From NCBI RefSeq assembly GCF_058153355.1, contig NZ_CM177019.1: a stretch of 64,000 bases of DNA. The stretch is one strand, 5' to 3'. Both the position numbers and the translations under genes were made by a program. Position 1 is the first letter of the stretch. Every line of letters begins with the position of its first letter. This document shows, piece after piece, positions 1 through 12,699 of the stretch. The notes under the pieces were generated by a model. That model did no database searches. It was not told the DNA's origin and saw nothing but the letters and a program-made list of their open reading frames with translations.

Positions 1-776
1 GGCACTGGCTTCCAGACGCATTGTTAAATAAGCCTGCGCAGCAACATTCGTACATTTGATCGCAATATTCTTGGTTTGTGGCATGACACCATTAGGTCGA
101 TTCCCCGGCCCTGCCGCACTAAATAACGATGCACCGATATCACCAAAATCAAATTCAACAATTTGCCCGGCATTTAATTCGCAGTTTTGCGGTACTTCAA
201 CCCGGCCACCAAAACTAATGGTATAAACAGGTGTAACCAACGGATCGTAAGGCGTTGATGTCACATACACGGTAAACATCACCTGTCTGGGGATCTCCAC
301 CATGTTAATAAAAGGACGAATAACCTTTAAACGAAATATCAAACGAGAATCCATCACCCCGAACGGAAGGTTTTGCGAAACGTTAGGATCTGTTCCCATA
401 CGGATATAATTTTGCGGGGGAAACTGAATATCCATCACGCTATCAACCAGACTCATCGCACCTAATAGATAATCATTTAATTGCATATATTTATAATTAT
501 CGATAGTTTCCTGAACAACAAAGTTGGTGACATAACTACGGTATGTATAATTCACCAGCGTGCCGGGTGGGCAAATTGCTGACACACCTACCCAGCCGGA
601 TTTTTCCGGTAAAACAACAATCTGACCTGGCTGGTTATTGGTGCTATTAAAAACATTTGAGAGATCATAGTGTTCATCTTCTGCTACGCCAGCACTATTT
701 GCACAAACAGTAGCCCAGGATATGTTTGTTAACCACAAACATGCCATTGCCAATAATGACCTGCAGATTATCTTCA
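1..776 (-). CDS. sfmH: Fimbrial-like adhesin, partial (runs off window start)
   Basis: Reverse strand reads ATG at 776 then an open frame (MKIICRSLLAMACLW…) to position 1; lies directly after the usher stop; synteny with sfm operon. Confidence 0.6.
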
Positions 777-789
777 TTGATAATTTCCT

Positions 790-3399
790 TTATGAGCCAG
801 GATGTGTGCAAACTGCCGAAATAACAGTGACGGCTTGCTGTAAGCTTTGCTTCGGCAATACATAGTGCGCAATGCAGCGTGAGTTCGCGCCGTCTCCCCA
901 CTGAACCAGTAATTCACCAGACAATGGCGCACCACTTAAATAAACTTGCCCGTCATCACCCACCATACTGGTTATTCCGGTACTGTTTTCCCGTACCAGT
1001 GATCCAAACGGCACCGGTTTTCCGCCCTGGGTAACGGTAATGAGCGCCCGCACGCCTATGCGGGTATCAAAATTGGCACGAACCAACGCGCCTTGCGTCG
1101 GCACAACGCTGCTAATATTTTTTTCAACATCGATGGAATTCCCCATCGTATTGGTATCAAGCGCGATACGGTTATACCGATAAACCGTGGCATACGGCAT
1201 CACCGCATAGCCGCGCCAGTCGGTTAAAATTCCAGTTTGATTTTCAACGCGTACACCGCCTGCGCCAGGCGCTTTAATCAAAACATTGGTATCCCCTAAA
1301 GGCTGGCTCAGCGTTATACCATTTTCATGCCCGACCACACCGCCAGACAGCTGCCAGTTAACGTCATGTTGATCGCGGTCGTAGTTATACCCGACCCCCA
1401 GCGTACCGTAAGCGGCCTGCCAGTTTGCCGTGGCGCTGCCCGTGTACCCATTATTCGAGGTATCGCCCTGGCTTACGTGATAACTCAGGTTGTGGCCTTC
1501 CAGTAAGGTCCCACCAACGCCTGCCAGCCAGCTATTTTGCCCGTTGCTGTTACGGTTGGCGTTAAAGGAGGCATAAGCGCGATCGAGCGCATTTTCCCGG
1601 GTGTAGCGACGTTTGGTCAGAACATTGAAAGGCACTGAAACATTAAGTCCGACAATACGTTCGTTATCGGGGATCCCTACAGATTCATTCCACGAAAATG
1701 AGAGTGAATAACTGATGCCAACCCAGCTGCTGGTATACCCCACCTGATACCAGGTATCTGAATCCGAAGTATTCCAGTATTTTTGATGGGTACCAGAAAT
1801 ATAAAGCGAGCCAAAGTCATTAAGTGATTGTGAAATATTTAACTGCAAACGGTCTTTACGACTAAAGCGTAAATTGTGGTAATTCACGATTATCGGTTCA
1901 TCGCGATGCTCACCGTCATAATCGTAATCATATTCGTACCCCTCCATTCGACGATACGCAACATCATCAAGGGTATAAAAACCTTGTGTCGAATAGCGGT
2001 AACCCATTAACTGAAAATTGGTGCCGAAAGTGTTCATTGATTTCGCATAGAGGAAGCGAATGGAATCCCCCTCATGACGACTGTCGTCGGCTAACTGACT
2101 GCGCGCATGCGTTACATCCAGCGACACTGCGCCCCAGTTCCCGAGGTTGCGCCCCAGCCCTAACAAAAAGGCGGTGTAATTTGCAGATAATTGCGTCCCG
2201 CCGTAGGCAGTAAATTCCTGTGGTAAACCGCCGAGTGCCGTGCCCTGAAAAAAGAAAGGCGACGATTGCTGACTATTACCGCTACGAAAATCGCCCGCCG
2301 TCAGGTCAAATTTGAAACGCCCTTCGCGTTGTAAAATTGGCACTGTTGAATACGGAATAGTGTAATTCTGCTGATTACCATCGCGCTCGTCGATGGTGAC
2401 GTCCAGATCGCCATTTGAAGATGTCGGGTGCAAATCTGTAATTTCGAAAGCGCCGGGGGAAACATAGCTTTGATAGATAATAAAACCATTTTGCCGAATC
2501 GTTAGCTGGGCCGCCGTACGGGCAATCCCACGTACCGTTGGGGCAAACCCTTGCTGGCTATCTGGATACATATTATCAGAAGAATAAAGCCGTACACCGC
2601 GAAATCCGACGCCATCGAAAATATCACTCCCTGTATTACCGTCTCCCATTACCAGTTCACTTTTCAGCGGAATAATGGCGCGCTGTACCCAGGTGCCAAT
2701 ATTATTCCACTGTTCTGAATGATATCCATTTCCGCGAAAATAGTTCCAGGAACCATTGTTGCGTAAACGCCACGGGCCAATATTAATCCCACTGAGTTCA
2801 CTAAAAAAATAGCTATCGTTACTATTACCTCTGTTACCGGTGAAATTATAATTCAGGAGTAAAGCAGGAATACCTTCATCCCACTCTTCAGGCGGAATGT
2901 AACCGTGAGCGCTACTCAACAACGCTATCTGAGGAATAGTGATGTTCAGGCGCATCGCTGCAAAATCAAAGTTAATTGTGGCATCAGGTACAGCTTTCAG
3001 TAAATTAATGCATTTATTATTTTGCTGCTGGGCTAACTCGGGGAATGCACTGCTATTAAGGCCAATTCGTTCAAGGAGTGCCTGGTTAAAACAAGGCATT
3101 AATCCACCTGATTTATCACCTGTATTTACTGTCGTCGATTCAAATACGATATCCTGTGAACCAATGAACTCATCATTACGCCAGAGATCCACCCGATACA
3201 CACCCGCAGGTTGATGATTACCTCTCTCAAAGCGCGATAAATCAGCAACGGATGTGCCATTCTCTAATAAAAATGCCGGGTTGAAATAACTTTCCGCATA
3301 GCTTAAAAAGGAGGGTAAAATGGCAAGAGATGAATAACAAATTCCGGCCAGACACCAGGTATACCTCTGCGGAATATCCGTAATAGTGGGTATTTTCAT
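790..3399 (-). CDS. sfmD: Fimbrial outer-membrane usher
   Basis: 869-aa ORF with typical usher length and composition; flanked by chaperone and subunit genes. Confidence 0.85.
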   Translation of the reverse strand: MKIPTITDIPQRYTWCLAGICYSSLAILPSFLSYAESYFNPAFLLENGTSVADLSRFERGNHQPAGVYRVDLWRNDEFIGSQDIVFESTTVNTGDKSGGLMPCFNQALLERIGLNSSAFPELAQQQNNKCINLLKAVPDATINFDFAAMRLNITIPQIALLSSAHGYIPPEEWDEGIPALLLNYNFTGNRGNSNDSYFFSELSGINIGPWRLRNNGSWNYFRGNGYHSEQWNNIGTWVQRAIIPLKSELVMGDGNTGSDIFDGVGFRGVRLYSSDNMYPDSQQGFAPTVRGIARTAAQLTIRQNGFIIYQSYVSPGAFEITDLHPTSSNGDLDVTIDERDGNQQNYTIPYSTVPILQREGRFKFDLTAGDFRSGNSQQSSPFFFQGTALGGLPQEFTAYGGTQLSANYTAFLLGLGRNLGNWGAVSLDVTHARSQLADDSRHEGDSIRFLYAKSMNTFGTNFQLMGYRYSTQGFYTLDDVAYRRMEGYEYDYDYDGEHRDEPIIVNYHNLRFSRKDRLQLNISQSLNDFGSLYISGTHQKYWNTSDSDTWYQVGYTSSWVGISYSLSFSWNESVGIPDNERIVGLNVSVPFNVLTKRRYTRENALDRAYASFNANRNSNGQNSWLAGVGGTLLEGHNLSYHVSQGDTSNNGYTGSATANWQAAYGTLGVGYNYDRDQHDVNWQLSGGVVGHENGITLSQPLGDTNVLIKAPGAGGVRVENQTGILTDWRGYAVMPYATVYRYNRIALDTNTMGNSIDVEKNISSVVPTQGALVRANFDTRIGVRALITVTQGGKPVPFGSLVRENSTGITSMVGDDGQVYLSGAPLSGELLVQWGDGANSRCIAHYVLPKQSLQQAVTVISAVCTHPGS

Positions 3400-3429
3400 A
3401 ATTAGCTCTGATATTGTCAGATGATTCGG

Positions 3430-4122
3430 TTAGTTTAAGTTCACTTCTCTGACCGGGGTTACTGAACCATAATCATTAACGGTCTGAAATTTCAGCTTTC
3501 CCTGTACTCCTGAGGGTAAGGGAATTTGTGAATTAACTCTGGGTGCAGCCATAGCATTCCCCAACTTTTGGCTGCCCACTTGCAGGTTAACCAGGGTGAC
3601 ATAAAAAGGTGATGGATTATGAACATTGATATAGTTACCGGATCGCGAAAACTTGAGTGTGTCCGGCGCTTCTGCGGGTAATTCTTGTAGTTGAATTGGA
3701 CGGAGAAATAACTTCATGCGCGATAAAATCGCCAGTTGCAAAACATTCCTGCCGTTCAATGCATTTTTATCTACCGAAGGGATCGTCTTAACATTCATCC
3801 AGAACAAAGACTCACGATCTGCCGCCAGCGGTGGACCGGTGTAAATAATACGCAAGGTATTTTCGCTTTTGGGTTCACTAACAAACAGTGGCGGTGTAAT
3901 GATGAATGACTTTTCTTTTACACCGCTACTGTTTTCAATCCACGAATTGACCAGAAAGCGCTCATTGGTATGGCTATTTCTAATCCATACCGCAGTCTGT
4001 TTAGCATCGGCGGGATAAATAATACGCGTGGCACCTAATGCGATCCCTCCGGCAGCATGGGCGCTGGCCGAAATGATTAAATAAAATATAATGGGCATCA
4101 ATAACTTTATTTTAGTCATCAT
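3430..4122 (-). CDS. sfmC: Periplasmic fimbrial chaperone
   Basis: 230-aa ORF with signal peptide ([23 protein letters not shown]), PapD-like size and position. Confidence 0.85.
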   Translation of the reverse strand: MMTKIKLLMPIIFYLIISASAHAAGGIALGATRIIYPADAKQTAVWIRNSHTNERFLVNSWIENSSGVKEKSFIITPPLFVSEPKSENTLRIIYTGPPLAADRESLFWMNVKTIPSVDKNALNGRNVLQLAILSRMKLFLRPIQLQELPAEAPDTLKFSRSGNYINVHNPSPFYVTLVNLQVGSQKLGNAMAAPRVNSQIPLPSGVQGKLKFQTVNDYGSVTPVREVNLN

Positions 4123-4341
4123 AGTTAATACGCCTTGTGTATTCCTGACGGCAAAAATAAGGAGTATAAAGAAATGATTGCTTTGGTTTATTACAACACA
4201 TCATTCCCTTTTCATTTAATAAAGCGGCATGATACAAAGTGAGCGTGATTTCGATTTACATTGCCACCATACCGCTTCAGACAACCGGTACATTACTTTG
4301 TTATAAGACGTGATATATAATTCAAAACTACGTAGTTTTGA

Positions 4342-4884
4342 TTATTCGTATCTCATAATAAAAGTCGCGTCAGCATTTGCTTGCCCTGCTGATGCACTTG
4401 TACCGGTGCCTTTATAACGCGCAGAAAAATGAAGAACGTTGGTCCCGGGGATCAAGTTCTGGTTGGTTGAGAAGCTATTCCCATCAGGTTTGAGAATTGC
4501 GGATGTATTATCAAGTATTTCAATACCGACACCCGTTGCTGTTGTTGTATTGGTACTGGATGCAATGGCCAATAAATTATCATTGATTGCATCCGCCTGA
4601 CCAGAAAATGCAACGGCAGCATTAGCGGCAACAACAGGATCGCAGTCGTTCAACTGTATAGTGAATGGAATTAATGCAGAGGTATTACCAACAGCATTGA
4701 AAATATCGGTACGATATTGACCGAGTGTGACAACCTGGTCTGCCGAGTCAGTATTCACTGAACAGGCAGCATTCACCAGTTCGCCTTCAAAGTGAATTGT
4801 ACCGCCATCTACAACGGCAGCATAACTACCCGTAGCGGCTAATAGTGCGGCAGCCAGCGCAGACGAAATAAATCTTAATTTCAT
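4342..4884 (-). CDS. sfmA: Type 1-like fimbrial major subunit
   Basis: ORF 4342..4917; likely start at internal Met ([22 protein letters not shown] signal peptide), giving ~180 aa. Confidence 0.8.
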   Translation of the reverse strand: MKLRFISSALAAALLAATGSYAAVVDGGTIHFEGELVNAACSVNTDSADQVVTLGQYRTDIFNAVGNTSALIPFTIQLNDCDPVVAANAAVAFSGQADAINDNLLAIASSTNTTTATGVGIEILDNTSAILKPDGNSFSTNQNLIPGTNVLHFSARYKGTGTSASAGQANADATFIMRYE

Positions 4885-5355
4885 ATATATTCCTTCAATC
4901 TCATTTATCGACTCCACATCCGTATATAACCGATTACTTTATTTAAGACACTGATAGTAGTAAAATTCCTTTTTATCCTCTAAGAATGTCTTAATTGAAA
5001 ATATGCACTCTATTCTAAAAAATAGAGAGCCCCGTTAGATGAATATTTCCGCGCAAAATATATTCAACACAAATATAGACCTGAAGCGGTAAATTACCAG
5101 GCTGAAAATTCTTTTTATATTGTCAGGTATTTCTTAAATTATCTTAATCCTTAGACAAGGAAATAAATCAGTTCCAGATTTACAACGTCATCATGGACGA
5201 AAAATGAAGCTTTCAATCTCAGCGACGGTGCGCCTCACCTTCGCAAGAGGTCGCTTCACGCGATAAATCTGAAACGAAAACTGACAGCACGCCCCGCTTC
5301 TGACAAAATAGGCGCATCCCCTTCGACCTACGTAACAGATGGAATCCTCTCTCTG

Positions 5356-6222
5356 ATGGCAGCAAAGATTATTGACGGTAAAACGATTGCGCAGCAGGTG
5401 CGCTCTGAAGTTGCTCAAAAAGTTCAGGCACGTATTGCAGCTGGACTGCGGGCACCAGGACTGGCCGTAGTACTGGTGGGTAGCAACCCTGCATCGCAAA
5501 TTTATGTCGCAAGCAAACGCAAAGCTTGTGAAGAAGTCGGGTTCGTCTCCCGTTCTTATGACCTCCCGGAAACCACCAGCGAAGCGGAGCTGCTGGAGCT
5601 TATCGATGCGCTGAATGCCGACAACACCATTGATGGCATTCTGGTCCAACTGCCGTTACCGGCGGGTATTGATAACGTCAAAGTGCTGGAACGAATTCAC
5701 CCGGACAAAGACGTTGACGGTTTCCATCCTTATAACGTCGGTCGTCTATGCCAGCGCGCGCCGCGTCTACGTCCTTGCACCCCGCGTGGGATCGTCACAC
5801 TGCTTGAGCGATACAACATTGATACCTTCGGTCTTAACGCCGTGGTGATTGGCGCATCGAATATCGTCGGTCGCCCAATGAGCATGGAACTGTTGCTCGC
5901 AGGTTGCACCACCACCGTGACTCACCGCTTCACTAAAAATCTGCGTCATCACGTAGAAAATGCCGATCTATTGATCGTTGCCGTCGGTAAGCCAGGCTTT
6001 ATTCCCGGTGACTGGATCAAAGAAGGCGCAATTGTGATTGATGTCGGCATCAACCGTCTGGAAAATGGCAAAGTTGTGGGCGACGTCGTGTTTGAAGACG
6101 CGGCTAAACGCGCCTCATACATTACGCCTGTTCCGGGCGGCGTTGGCCCGATGACGGTTGCCACGCTGATTGAAAACACGCTACAGGCGTGCGTTGAGTA
6201 TCATGATCCACAGGGTGAGTAA
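5356..6222 (+). CDS. folD: Bifunctional methylenetetrahydrofolate dehydrogenase/cyclohydrolase
   Basis: 288-aa [19 protein letters not shown]… N-terminus characteristic of FolD. Confidence 0.9.
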
Positions 6223-6223
6223 C

Positions 6224-6436
6224 ATGGCGACATTTTCTTTAGGTAAACATCCGCACGTTGAGCTGTGCGACTTGCTGAAACTGGAAGGCTGGAGCGAAAG
6301 CGGCGCGCAGGCGAAAATCGCGATTGCCGAAGGCCAGGTGAAAGTCGACGGCGCGGTTGAAACGCGCAAACGCTGCAAAATCGTCGCCGGTCAGACAGTG
6401 AGTTTTGCAGGTCACAGCGTACAGGTTGTTGCCTGA
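6224..6436 (+). CDS. ybcJ: Small S4-like RNA-binding protein
   Basis: ORF 6170..6436; probable start at MATFSLGKHPHVEL (70 aa), immediately after folD. Confidence 0.7.
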   Translation: MATFSLGKHPHVELCDLLKLEGWSESGAQAKIAIAEGQVKVDGAVETRKRCKIVAGQTVSFAGHSVQVVA

Positions 6437-6446
6437 TCCCTTTCCC

Positions 6447-6478
6447 GGCCTGTATCAACAGGCCGGTTCTCTTTTCAG
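6447..6478 (+). terminator. Rho-independent terminator after folD-ybcJ
   Basis: Hairpin ccggcctg-tatcaa-caggccgg followed by a T-rich run (ttctctttt). Confidence 0.5.
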
Positions 6479-6543
6479 ACTTTTGCCCTCTACGCCCCGT
6501 TCATCCATGCTGATAGCATCGACATTTTGCCGAAGCGACCATC

Positions 6544-7065
6544 ATGCCAACCGTTATTACGCACGCCGCCGTTCCCCTTTGCATTGGTTTAGGGTTGGGT
6601 TCGAAAGTCATCCCTCCGCGCCTGTTATTTGCCGGAATCATCCTGGCGATGCTGCCCGATGCTGATGTATTGACATTTAAATTTGGCGTTGCTTACGGCA
6701 ATGTTTTTGGTCATCGCGGGTTCACCCATTCGCTGGTGTTTGCGTTTGTTGTCCCGCTGTTATGTGTGCTGATTGGACGTCGATGGTTCAGGGCTGGGCT
6801 GATTCGCTGCTGGCTGTTTTTAACCGTTTCGTTGCTATCGCACAGCTTGCTGGATTCGGTAACCACTGGCGGTAAAAGCGTTGGCTGGCTGTGGCCGTGG
6901 TCAGATGAACGCTTTTTCGCTCCCTGGCAGGTGATTAAAGTCGCGCCGTTTGCATTGTCTCGTTACACCACGCCGTACGGGCATCAGGTGATTATTTCTG
7001 AATTGATGTGGGTGTGGTTGCCGGGGATGCTACTGATGGGAATGTTGTGGTGGCGCAGACGATAA
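6544..7065 (+). CDS. ybcI: Inner-membrane protein (DUF457-like)
   Basis: 173-aa hydrophobic ORF at the expected position between ybcJ and cysS. Confidence 0.75.
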   Translation: MPTVITHAAVPLCIGLGLGSKVIPPRLLFAGIILAMLPDADVLTFKFGVAYGNVFGHRGFTHSLVFAFVVPLLCVLIGRRWFRAGLIRCWLFLTVSLLSHSLLDSVTTGGKSVGWLWPWSDERFFAPWQVIKVAPFALSRYTTPYGHQVIISELMWVWLPGMLLMGMLWWRRR

Positions 7066-7100
7066 CCGGATGCGAAAACTCGCATCCGGCAATAGCGCAA

Positions 7101-8486
7101 TTACTTACGACGCCAGGTGGTCCCTTGCGGGCCATCTTCCAGCACGATCCCCATCTCGTTAAGACGGTCACGCGCCGCATCTGCCGCCGCCCAGTCTTTC
7201 GCTTTACGGGCATCCAGACGCTGTTGAATTAACGCTTCAATCTCAGCCACTTCGCTGTCGTCTGCCTGCGCGCCGCTTTGCAGGAACGCTTCCGGTTCTT
7301 GCTCCAGCAGGCCCAATACAGCGGAAAGTTTACGCAGGTGAGATGCCATTGCATTCGCCGCTGCCATATCTTCTGCTTTCAGACGGTTCACTTCACGCGC
7401 CATATCAAACAGCACGGAATAGGCTTCCGGGGTGTTGAAATCGTCGTCCATCGCTTCAATAAAGCGCGCTTCAAACGCTTCACCACCCGCAGGAGCAACG
7501 GTTTTATCTGTGCCGCGCAGCGCAGTGTAGAGACGCTCCAGTGCCGCACGCGCCTGCTTCAGGTTCTCTTCGCTGTAGTTCAGCTGGCTGCGATAGTGCC
7601 CCGACATCAGGAAGTAACGCACGGTTTCGGCATCGTAGTATTTCAGCACATCGCGCACGGTAAAGAAGTTACCCAGCGATTTGGACATCTTCTCTCGGTC
7701 AACCATTACCATCCCCGAGTGCATCCAGTAGTTCACATACTGGCCATCATGGGCACAGGTGGACTGCGCGATTTCGTTCTCGTGGTGCGGGAACATCAGG
7801 TCAGAACCGCCGCCGTGGATATCAAAGTGGTTACCCAGCTGCTTGCAGTTCATTGCCGAACATTCAATGTGCCAGCCTGGACGGCCCGCGCCCCACGGAG
7901 ACGGCCAGCTCGGTTCGCCCTCTTTCGACATCTTCCACAGAACGAAGTCCATCGGGTTGCGTTTGTCGTCGACCACGTCAACGCGCGCGCCTGCCTGCAG
8001 CTGGTCGAGATCCTGACGCGACAGCACGCCATAAGTTGGATCGGTCGGTACGTCGAACATCACGTCGCCGTTGTCCGCCACATAAGCGTGACCTTTGGCG
8101 ATCAGTTGTTCAGTGAGTTCAATAATTTCTGCGATATGGTGCGTCGCGCGCGGCTCCATATCCGGGCGCAGAATGTTCAAAGCATCAAAATCTTTGTGCA
8201 TTTCGGCGATCATGCGATCCACCAGCGCTACAAAGCTTTCGCCATTTTCATTGGCACGCTTGATGATTTTGTCGTCGATATCGGTAATGTTGCGCACATA
8301 CTTCAGCTTATAGCCGAGGAAACGCAGATAGCGCGCAACCACGTCAAAGGCAACAAAGGTACGCCCGTGACCGATATGACAGAGATCGTAAACGGTGATT
8401 CCACACACGTACATGCCGACTTCCCCGGCGTGAATAGGCTTAAATTCCTCTTTTTGGCGTGTCAGAGTATTGAAGATTTTTAGCAT
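7101..8486 (-). CDS. cysS: Cysteinyl-tRNA synthetase
   Basis: 461-aa ORF with class I aaRS motifs (HIGH as [13 protein letters not shown] present). Confidence 0.95.
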
Positions 8487-8659
8487 CGAAGATTCCGTTT
8501 AGACATGTGTGGGTAATTGAGTTGCGTATAATACCCATATTTCCCGCGCGAATCAGCATACATTGCGTGATGATCCGATCGTGCGGTTATGCTATAACAC
8601 CACCCTATATATGACCCGAATCGGGTTGAAGCACCAATCAAACGGAACAGGATGCAAAA

Positions 8660-9154
8660 ATGGTTACTTTCCACACCAATCACGGCGATATTGTCATCAA
8701 AACTTTTGACGATAAAGCACCTGAAACAGTTAAAAACTTCCTGGACTACTGCCGCGAAGGTTTTTACAACAACACCATTTTCCACCGTGTTATCAACGGC
8801 TTTATGATTCAGGGCGGCGGTTTTGAGCCAGGCATGAAGCAAAAAGCCACCAAAGAACCGATCAAAAACGAAGCCAACAACGGTCTGAAAAATACCCGTG
8901 GTACGCTGGCAATGGCCCGTACTCAGGCACCGCACTCTGCAACTGCACAGTTCTTCATCAACGTGGTTGATAACGACTTCCTGAACTTCTCTGGCGAAAG
9001 CCTGCAAGGTTGGGGTTACTGCGTGTTTGCTGAAGTGGTTGAAGGCATGGACGTGGTTGACAAAATCAAAGGTGTAGCAACCGGTCGTAGCGGTATGCAC
9101 CAGGACGTGCCAAAAGAAGACGTTATCATTGAAAGCGTGACCGTTAGCGAGTAA
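8660..9154 (+). CDS. ppiB: Peptidyl-prolyl cis-trans isomerase B (cyclophilin)
   Basis: 164-aa [30 protein letters not shown]… cyclophilin fold signature. Confidence 0.95.
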   Translation: MVTFHTNHGDIVIKTFDDKAPETVKNFLDYCREGFYNNTIFHRVINGFMIQGGGFEPGMKQKATKEPIKNEANNGLKNTRGTLAMARTQAPHSATAQFFINVVDNDFLNFSGESLQGWGYCVFAEVVEGMDVVDKIKGVATGRSGMHQDVPKEDVIIESVTVSE

Positions 9155-9156
9155 TC

Positions 9157-9879
9157 GTGGCGACACTCTTTATTGCAGATCTTCATCTCTGCGCGGAAGA
9201 ACCGGCGATCACCGCCGGTTTTCTGCGTTTTTTAGCGGGGGAAGCCCGCAAGGCCGACGCGCTGTATATTCTTGGCGATCTGTTTGAAGCATGGATTGGC
9301 GATGACGATCCCAACCCACTCCATCGCCAGATGGCCGCAGCGATCAAAGCGGTGTCCGATTCCGGTGTTCCCTGTTATTTCATTCATGGCAACCGTGATT
9401 TTCTGCTCGGCAAACGCTTTGCCCGTGAAAGTGGCATGACGTTATTGCCGGAAGAAAAGGTGCTCGAACTTTATGGTCGCCGGGTGTTGATTATGCATGG
9501 CGACACGCTGTGCACCGATGACGCGGGTTATCAGGCTTTTCGCGCCAAAGTCCACAAACCCTGGCTGCAAACGCTATTCCTCGCCCTGCCGTTGTTTGTG
9601 CGTAAACGCATTGCCGCGCGAATGCGCGCGAACAGCAAAGAAGCCAACAGCAGTAAATCGCTGGCGATCATGGACGTTAACCAAAACGCGGTGGTCAGTG
9701 CGATGGAAAAACATCAGGTGCAATGGCTGATCCACGGGCATACCCATCGCCCGGCGATCCATGAACTTATCGCCAATCAGCAACCTGCTTTCCGCGTCGT
9801 GCTGGGAGCCTGGCATACGGAAGGTTCAATGGTGAAAGTCACGGCGGATGACGTTGAGCTGATTCATTTTCCGTTTTAA
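9157..9879 (+). CDS. lpxH: UDP-2,3-diacylglucosamine hydrolase
   Basis: 240-aa ORF with GTG start 3 nt after ppiB stop; calcineurin-like phosphoesterase motifs ([15 protein letters not shown]). Confidence 0.9.
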   Translation: MATLFIADLHLCAEEPAITAGFLRFLAGEARKADALYILGDLFEAWIGDDDPNPLHRQMAAAIKAVSDSGVPCYFIHGNRDFLLGKRFARESGMTLLPEEKVLELYGRRVLIMHGDTLCTDDAGYQAFRAKVHKPWLQTLFLALPLFVRKRIAARMRANSKEANSSKSLAIMDVNQNAVVSAMEKHQVQWLIHGHTHRPAIHELIANQQPAFRVVLGAWHTEGSMVKVTADDVELIHFPF

Positions 9880-9908
9880 ATACCCGCAACTTTGCTGATT
9901 TCACAGCC

Positions 9909-9924
9909 ACGCAACCGTTTTCCT
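9909..9924. promoter_or_regulatory. PurR operator (PUR box) upstream of purEK
   Basis: ACGCAACCGTTTTCCT matches the PurR box consensus (AcGCAAACGTTTtCnT) about 70 bp upstream of purE. Confidence 0.55.
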
Positions 9925-9995
9925 TGCTCTCTTTCCGTGCTATTCTCTGTGCCCTCTAAAGCCGAGAGTTGTGCACCACAGGAGTTTTAAGACGC

Positions 9996-10505
9996 ATGTC
10001 TTCCCGCAATAATCCGGCGCGTGTCGCCATCGTGATGGGGTCCAAAAGCGACTGGGCTACCATGCAGTTCGCCGCCGAAATCTTCGAAATCCTGAATGTC
10101 CCGCACCACGTTGAAGTGGTTTCTGCTCACCGCACCCCCGATAAACTGTTCAGCTTCGCCGAAAGTGCCGAAGAGAACGGTTATCAGGTGATTATTGCTG
10201 GCGCAGGCGGCGCAGCGCACCTGCCGGGCATGATTGCCGCCAAAACGCTGGTGCCAGTGCTGGGTGTGCCAGTACAGAGCGCCGCACTGAGCGGTGTCGA
10301 TAGCCTCTACTCCATCGTACAAATGCCGCGCGGCATTCCGGTGGGTACGCTGGCGATTGGTAAAGCTGGCGCGGCAAACGCGGCGTTACTGGCAGCACAA
10401 ATTCTTGCAACTCATGATAAAGAACTGCACCAGCGTTTGAATGACTGGCGCAAAGCCCAGACTGATGAAGTGCTGGAAAACCCGGACCCGCGAGGTGCGG
10501 CATGA
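9996..10505 (+). CDS. purE: N5-carboxyaminoimidazole ribonucleotide mutase
   Basis: ORF 9969..10505; likely start at [20 protein letters not shown] (169 aa). Confidence 0.9.
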   Translation: MSSRNNPARVAIVMGSKSDWATMQFAAEIFEILNVPHHVEVVSAHRTPDKLFSFAESAEENGYQVIIAGAGGAAHLPGMIAAKTLVPVLGVPVQSAALSGVDSLYSIVQMPRGIPVGTLAIGKAGAANAALLAAQILATHDKELHQRLNDWRKAQTDEVLENPDPRGAA

Positions 10506-11569
10506 AACAGGTTTGCGTCCTCGGTAACGGGCAGTTAGGCCGTATGTTGCGCCAGGCAGGCGAACCGTTAGGCATTGCTGTCTGGCCGGTCGGGCTGGAC
10601 GCTGAACCGGCGGCGGTGCCCTTTCAACAAAGCGTGATTACCGCTGAGATCGAACGCTGGCCGGAAACCGCATTAACGCGCGAGTTGGCACGCCATCCGG
10701 CCTTTGTGAACCGCGATGTGTTCCCAATTATTGCCGACCGTCTGACTCAGAAGCAGCTTTTCGACAAGCTTCACCTGCCGACCGCACCGTGGCAGTTACT
10801 TGCCGATCGCAGTGAGTGGCCTGCAGTGTTTGATCGTTTAGGTGAACTGGCGATTGTTAAGCGTCGCACTGGTGGCTATGACGGTCGCGGTCAATGGCGT
10901 TTACGCGCCGATGAAACCGCACAGTTACCGACTGAATGCTACGGCGAATGTATTGTCGAGCAGGGCATTAACTTCTCTGGCGAAGTATCGCTGGTTGGCG
11001 CGCGCGGCTTTGATGGCAGCACTGTGTTTTATCCGCTGACGCATAACCTGCATCAGGACGGTATTTTGCGCACCAGCGTCGCTTTCCCGCAGGCCAACGC
11101 ACAGCAGCAGGCGCAGGCCGAAGAGATGCTGTCGGCGATTATGCAGGAGCTGGGCTATGTTGGCGTGATGGCGATGGAGTGTTTTGTCACCCCGCAAGGT
11201 CTGCTGATCAACGAACTGGCTCCGCGTGTACATAACAGTGGTCACTGGACGCAAAACGGTGCCAGCATCGGCCAGTTTGAGCTGCATCTGCGGGCAATTA
11301 CCGATCTGCCGTTACCGCAACCGGTGGTCAATAGCCCGTCAGTGATGATCAACCTGATTGGTAGCGATGTGAACTATGACTGGCTGAAACTGCCGCTGGT
11401 GCATCTGCACTGGTACGACAAAGAAGTGCGTCCGGGCCGTAAGGTGGGGCATCTGAATTTGACCGACAGCGACACATCGCGTCTGACCGCAACGCTGGAA
11501 GCTTTAATCCCGCTGCTGCCGCCAGAGTATGCCAGCGGCGTGATGTGGGCGCAGAGTAAGTTCAGTTAA
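10502..11569 (+). CDS. purK: N5-carboxyaminoimidazole ribonucleotide synthase
   Basis: 355-aa ATP-grasp ORF overlapping purE stop (ATGA). Confidence 0.9.
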   Translation: MKQVCVLGNGQLGRMLRQAGEPLGIAVWPVGLDAEPAAVPFQQSVITAEIERWPETALTRELARHPAFVNRDVFPIIADRLTQKQLFDKLHLPTAPWQLLADRSEWPAVFDRLGELAIVKRRTGGYDGRGQWRLRADETAQLPTECYGECIVEQGINFSGEVSLVGARGFDGSTVFYPLTHNLHQDGILRTSVAFPQANAQQQAQAEEMLSAIMQELGYVGVMAMECFVTPQGLLINELAPRVHNSGHWTQNGASIGQFELHLRAITDLPLPQPVVNSPSVMINLIGSDVNYDWLKLPLVHLHWYDKEVRPGRKVGHLNLTDSDTSRLTATLEALIPLLPPEYASGVMWAQSKFS

Positions 11570-11587
11570 CCTGGTACTCATATTCCT

Positions 11588-11776
11588 GCCGGATGCGGCG
11601 TGAACGCCTTATCCGGCCTACTAATCCGGTACCCATTGTAGGCCTGATAAGAGGCGTCAAGCGTCGCATCAGGCATGGTGCGCCGATTACCGGATGCGGC
11701 GTGAACGCCTTATCCGACTACCAATCCGGTACCCATTGTAGGCCTGATAAGAGGCGTCAAGCGTCGCATCAGGCAT
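11588..11776. repeat. Two tandem BIME units (REP pairs)
   Basis: gccggatgcggcgtgaacgccttatccggcctac and gtaggcctgataagaggcgtcaagcgtcgcatcaggc occur twice in tandem (~95-bp unit duplicated). Confidence 0.8.
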
Positions 11777-11802
11777 GGTGCGCCATATGCTGGATGCTCC
11801 CA

Positions 11803-12699
11803 TCACGACAGCGAAATACAGGTCCCCGCTTCGCCCGCCAGCGTCTCTTCAATCCGCGATAACGCCCCAATCCACGCAGGTTTACCACGGCTTCTGACAT
11901 AGCCACTCACCGCCGTTACCTTCGGTCCCATCGCCCCATCGGCTTTGGCAAATGGCGCTAACTCATCCGGTGTGGCATGGGGAATGGCGCGTTGCTGCGG
12001 CGTTCCCCAGTTTTCATAAACCGCATCAGCATCGGTGAGGATCACCAGTCCATCGGCATTAATCTGCTCGGCAAGCAACGCCGCGGCGAGATCTTTATCA
12101 ATCACCGCTTCACTCCCTGCTCCGTCATCCGTCACCGGAACACCGCCGCCGCCACTGCAAATCACCACATGCCCCTCTTTGAGCAACAACTCGATGGCTT
12201 CGCTGTCGAGAATTTTACGAGGCTGGGGAGATGCCACCACCCGGCGTAAATATTTGCCATCACGCTTCATTTGCCAGCCGTAAGTCGTTTCCAGTGCCTC
12301 TTGTTCTTCTGGCTGATAAACCGGGCCGATAAACTTCTCTGGCTGCAAAAACGCCGGATCATCAGGCGAAACTTCAATGCGCGTCAGCATCGTCGTGACA
12401 GGCGGCATCTGCGGCTGTGCGCTCAAGCTCTGCGCCAGCATATAGCCAATCATCCCCTGGCTTTCCGCCACCAGCACATCCAGCGGATACGGTTCTACCT
12501 CTTTCCACGCCAGATTCTGTAACGCCAGCAGCCCCACCTGTGGCCCGTTGCCGTGAACAATCGCCAGCCGATAAGAACGGGCCAGGCGCGCCAGTGCGGG
12601 TACAGCACTGGCAATGTTGCGATATTGATTTTCTGCCGTCAGCGCTTCGCCGCGCTGGAGTAAGGCGTTGCCCCCAAGAGCCACAACCAGTGTTTTCAT
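11803..12699 (-). CDS. ybcF: Carbamate kinase-like protein
   Basis: 298-aa [21 protein letters not shown]… carbamate kinase/amino-acid kinase N-terminus. Confidence 0.8.
   Translation of the reverse strand: MKTLVVALGGNALLQRGEALTAENQYRNIASAVPALARLARSYRLAIVHGNGPQVGLLALQNLAWKEVEPYPLDVLVAESQGMIGYMLAQSLSAQPQMPPVTTMLTRIEVSPDDPAFLQPEKFIGPVYQPEEQEALETTYGWQMKRDGKYLRRVVASPQPRKILDSEAIELLLKEGHVVICSGGGGVPVTDDGAGSEAVIDKDLAAALLAEQINADGLVILTDADAVYENWGTPQQRAIPHATPDELAPFAKADGAMGPKVTAVSGYVRSRGKPAWIGALSRIEETLAGEAGTCISLS

Noticed and set aside
695-901. 68-aa ORF at the sfmD/sfmH junction
   Set aside because: Overlaps the usher 3' end and sfmH start in another frame; no support.
5191-5649. 152-aa minus-strand ORF overlapping the folD 5' end
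   Set aside because: Antisense to folD and its promoter region; no motif support.
7068-7092. Hairpin between convergent ybcI and cysS as a bidirectional terminator
   Set aside because: Stem is clear (ccggatgcg…cgcatccgg) but neither strand has a convincing T-run; left uncalled.
7278-8483. 401-aa ORF on the plus strand across cysS
   Set aside because: Antisense shadow of the cysS reading frame; no independent coding signal, while cysS on the minus strand has clear aaRS motifs.
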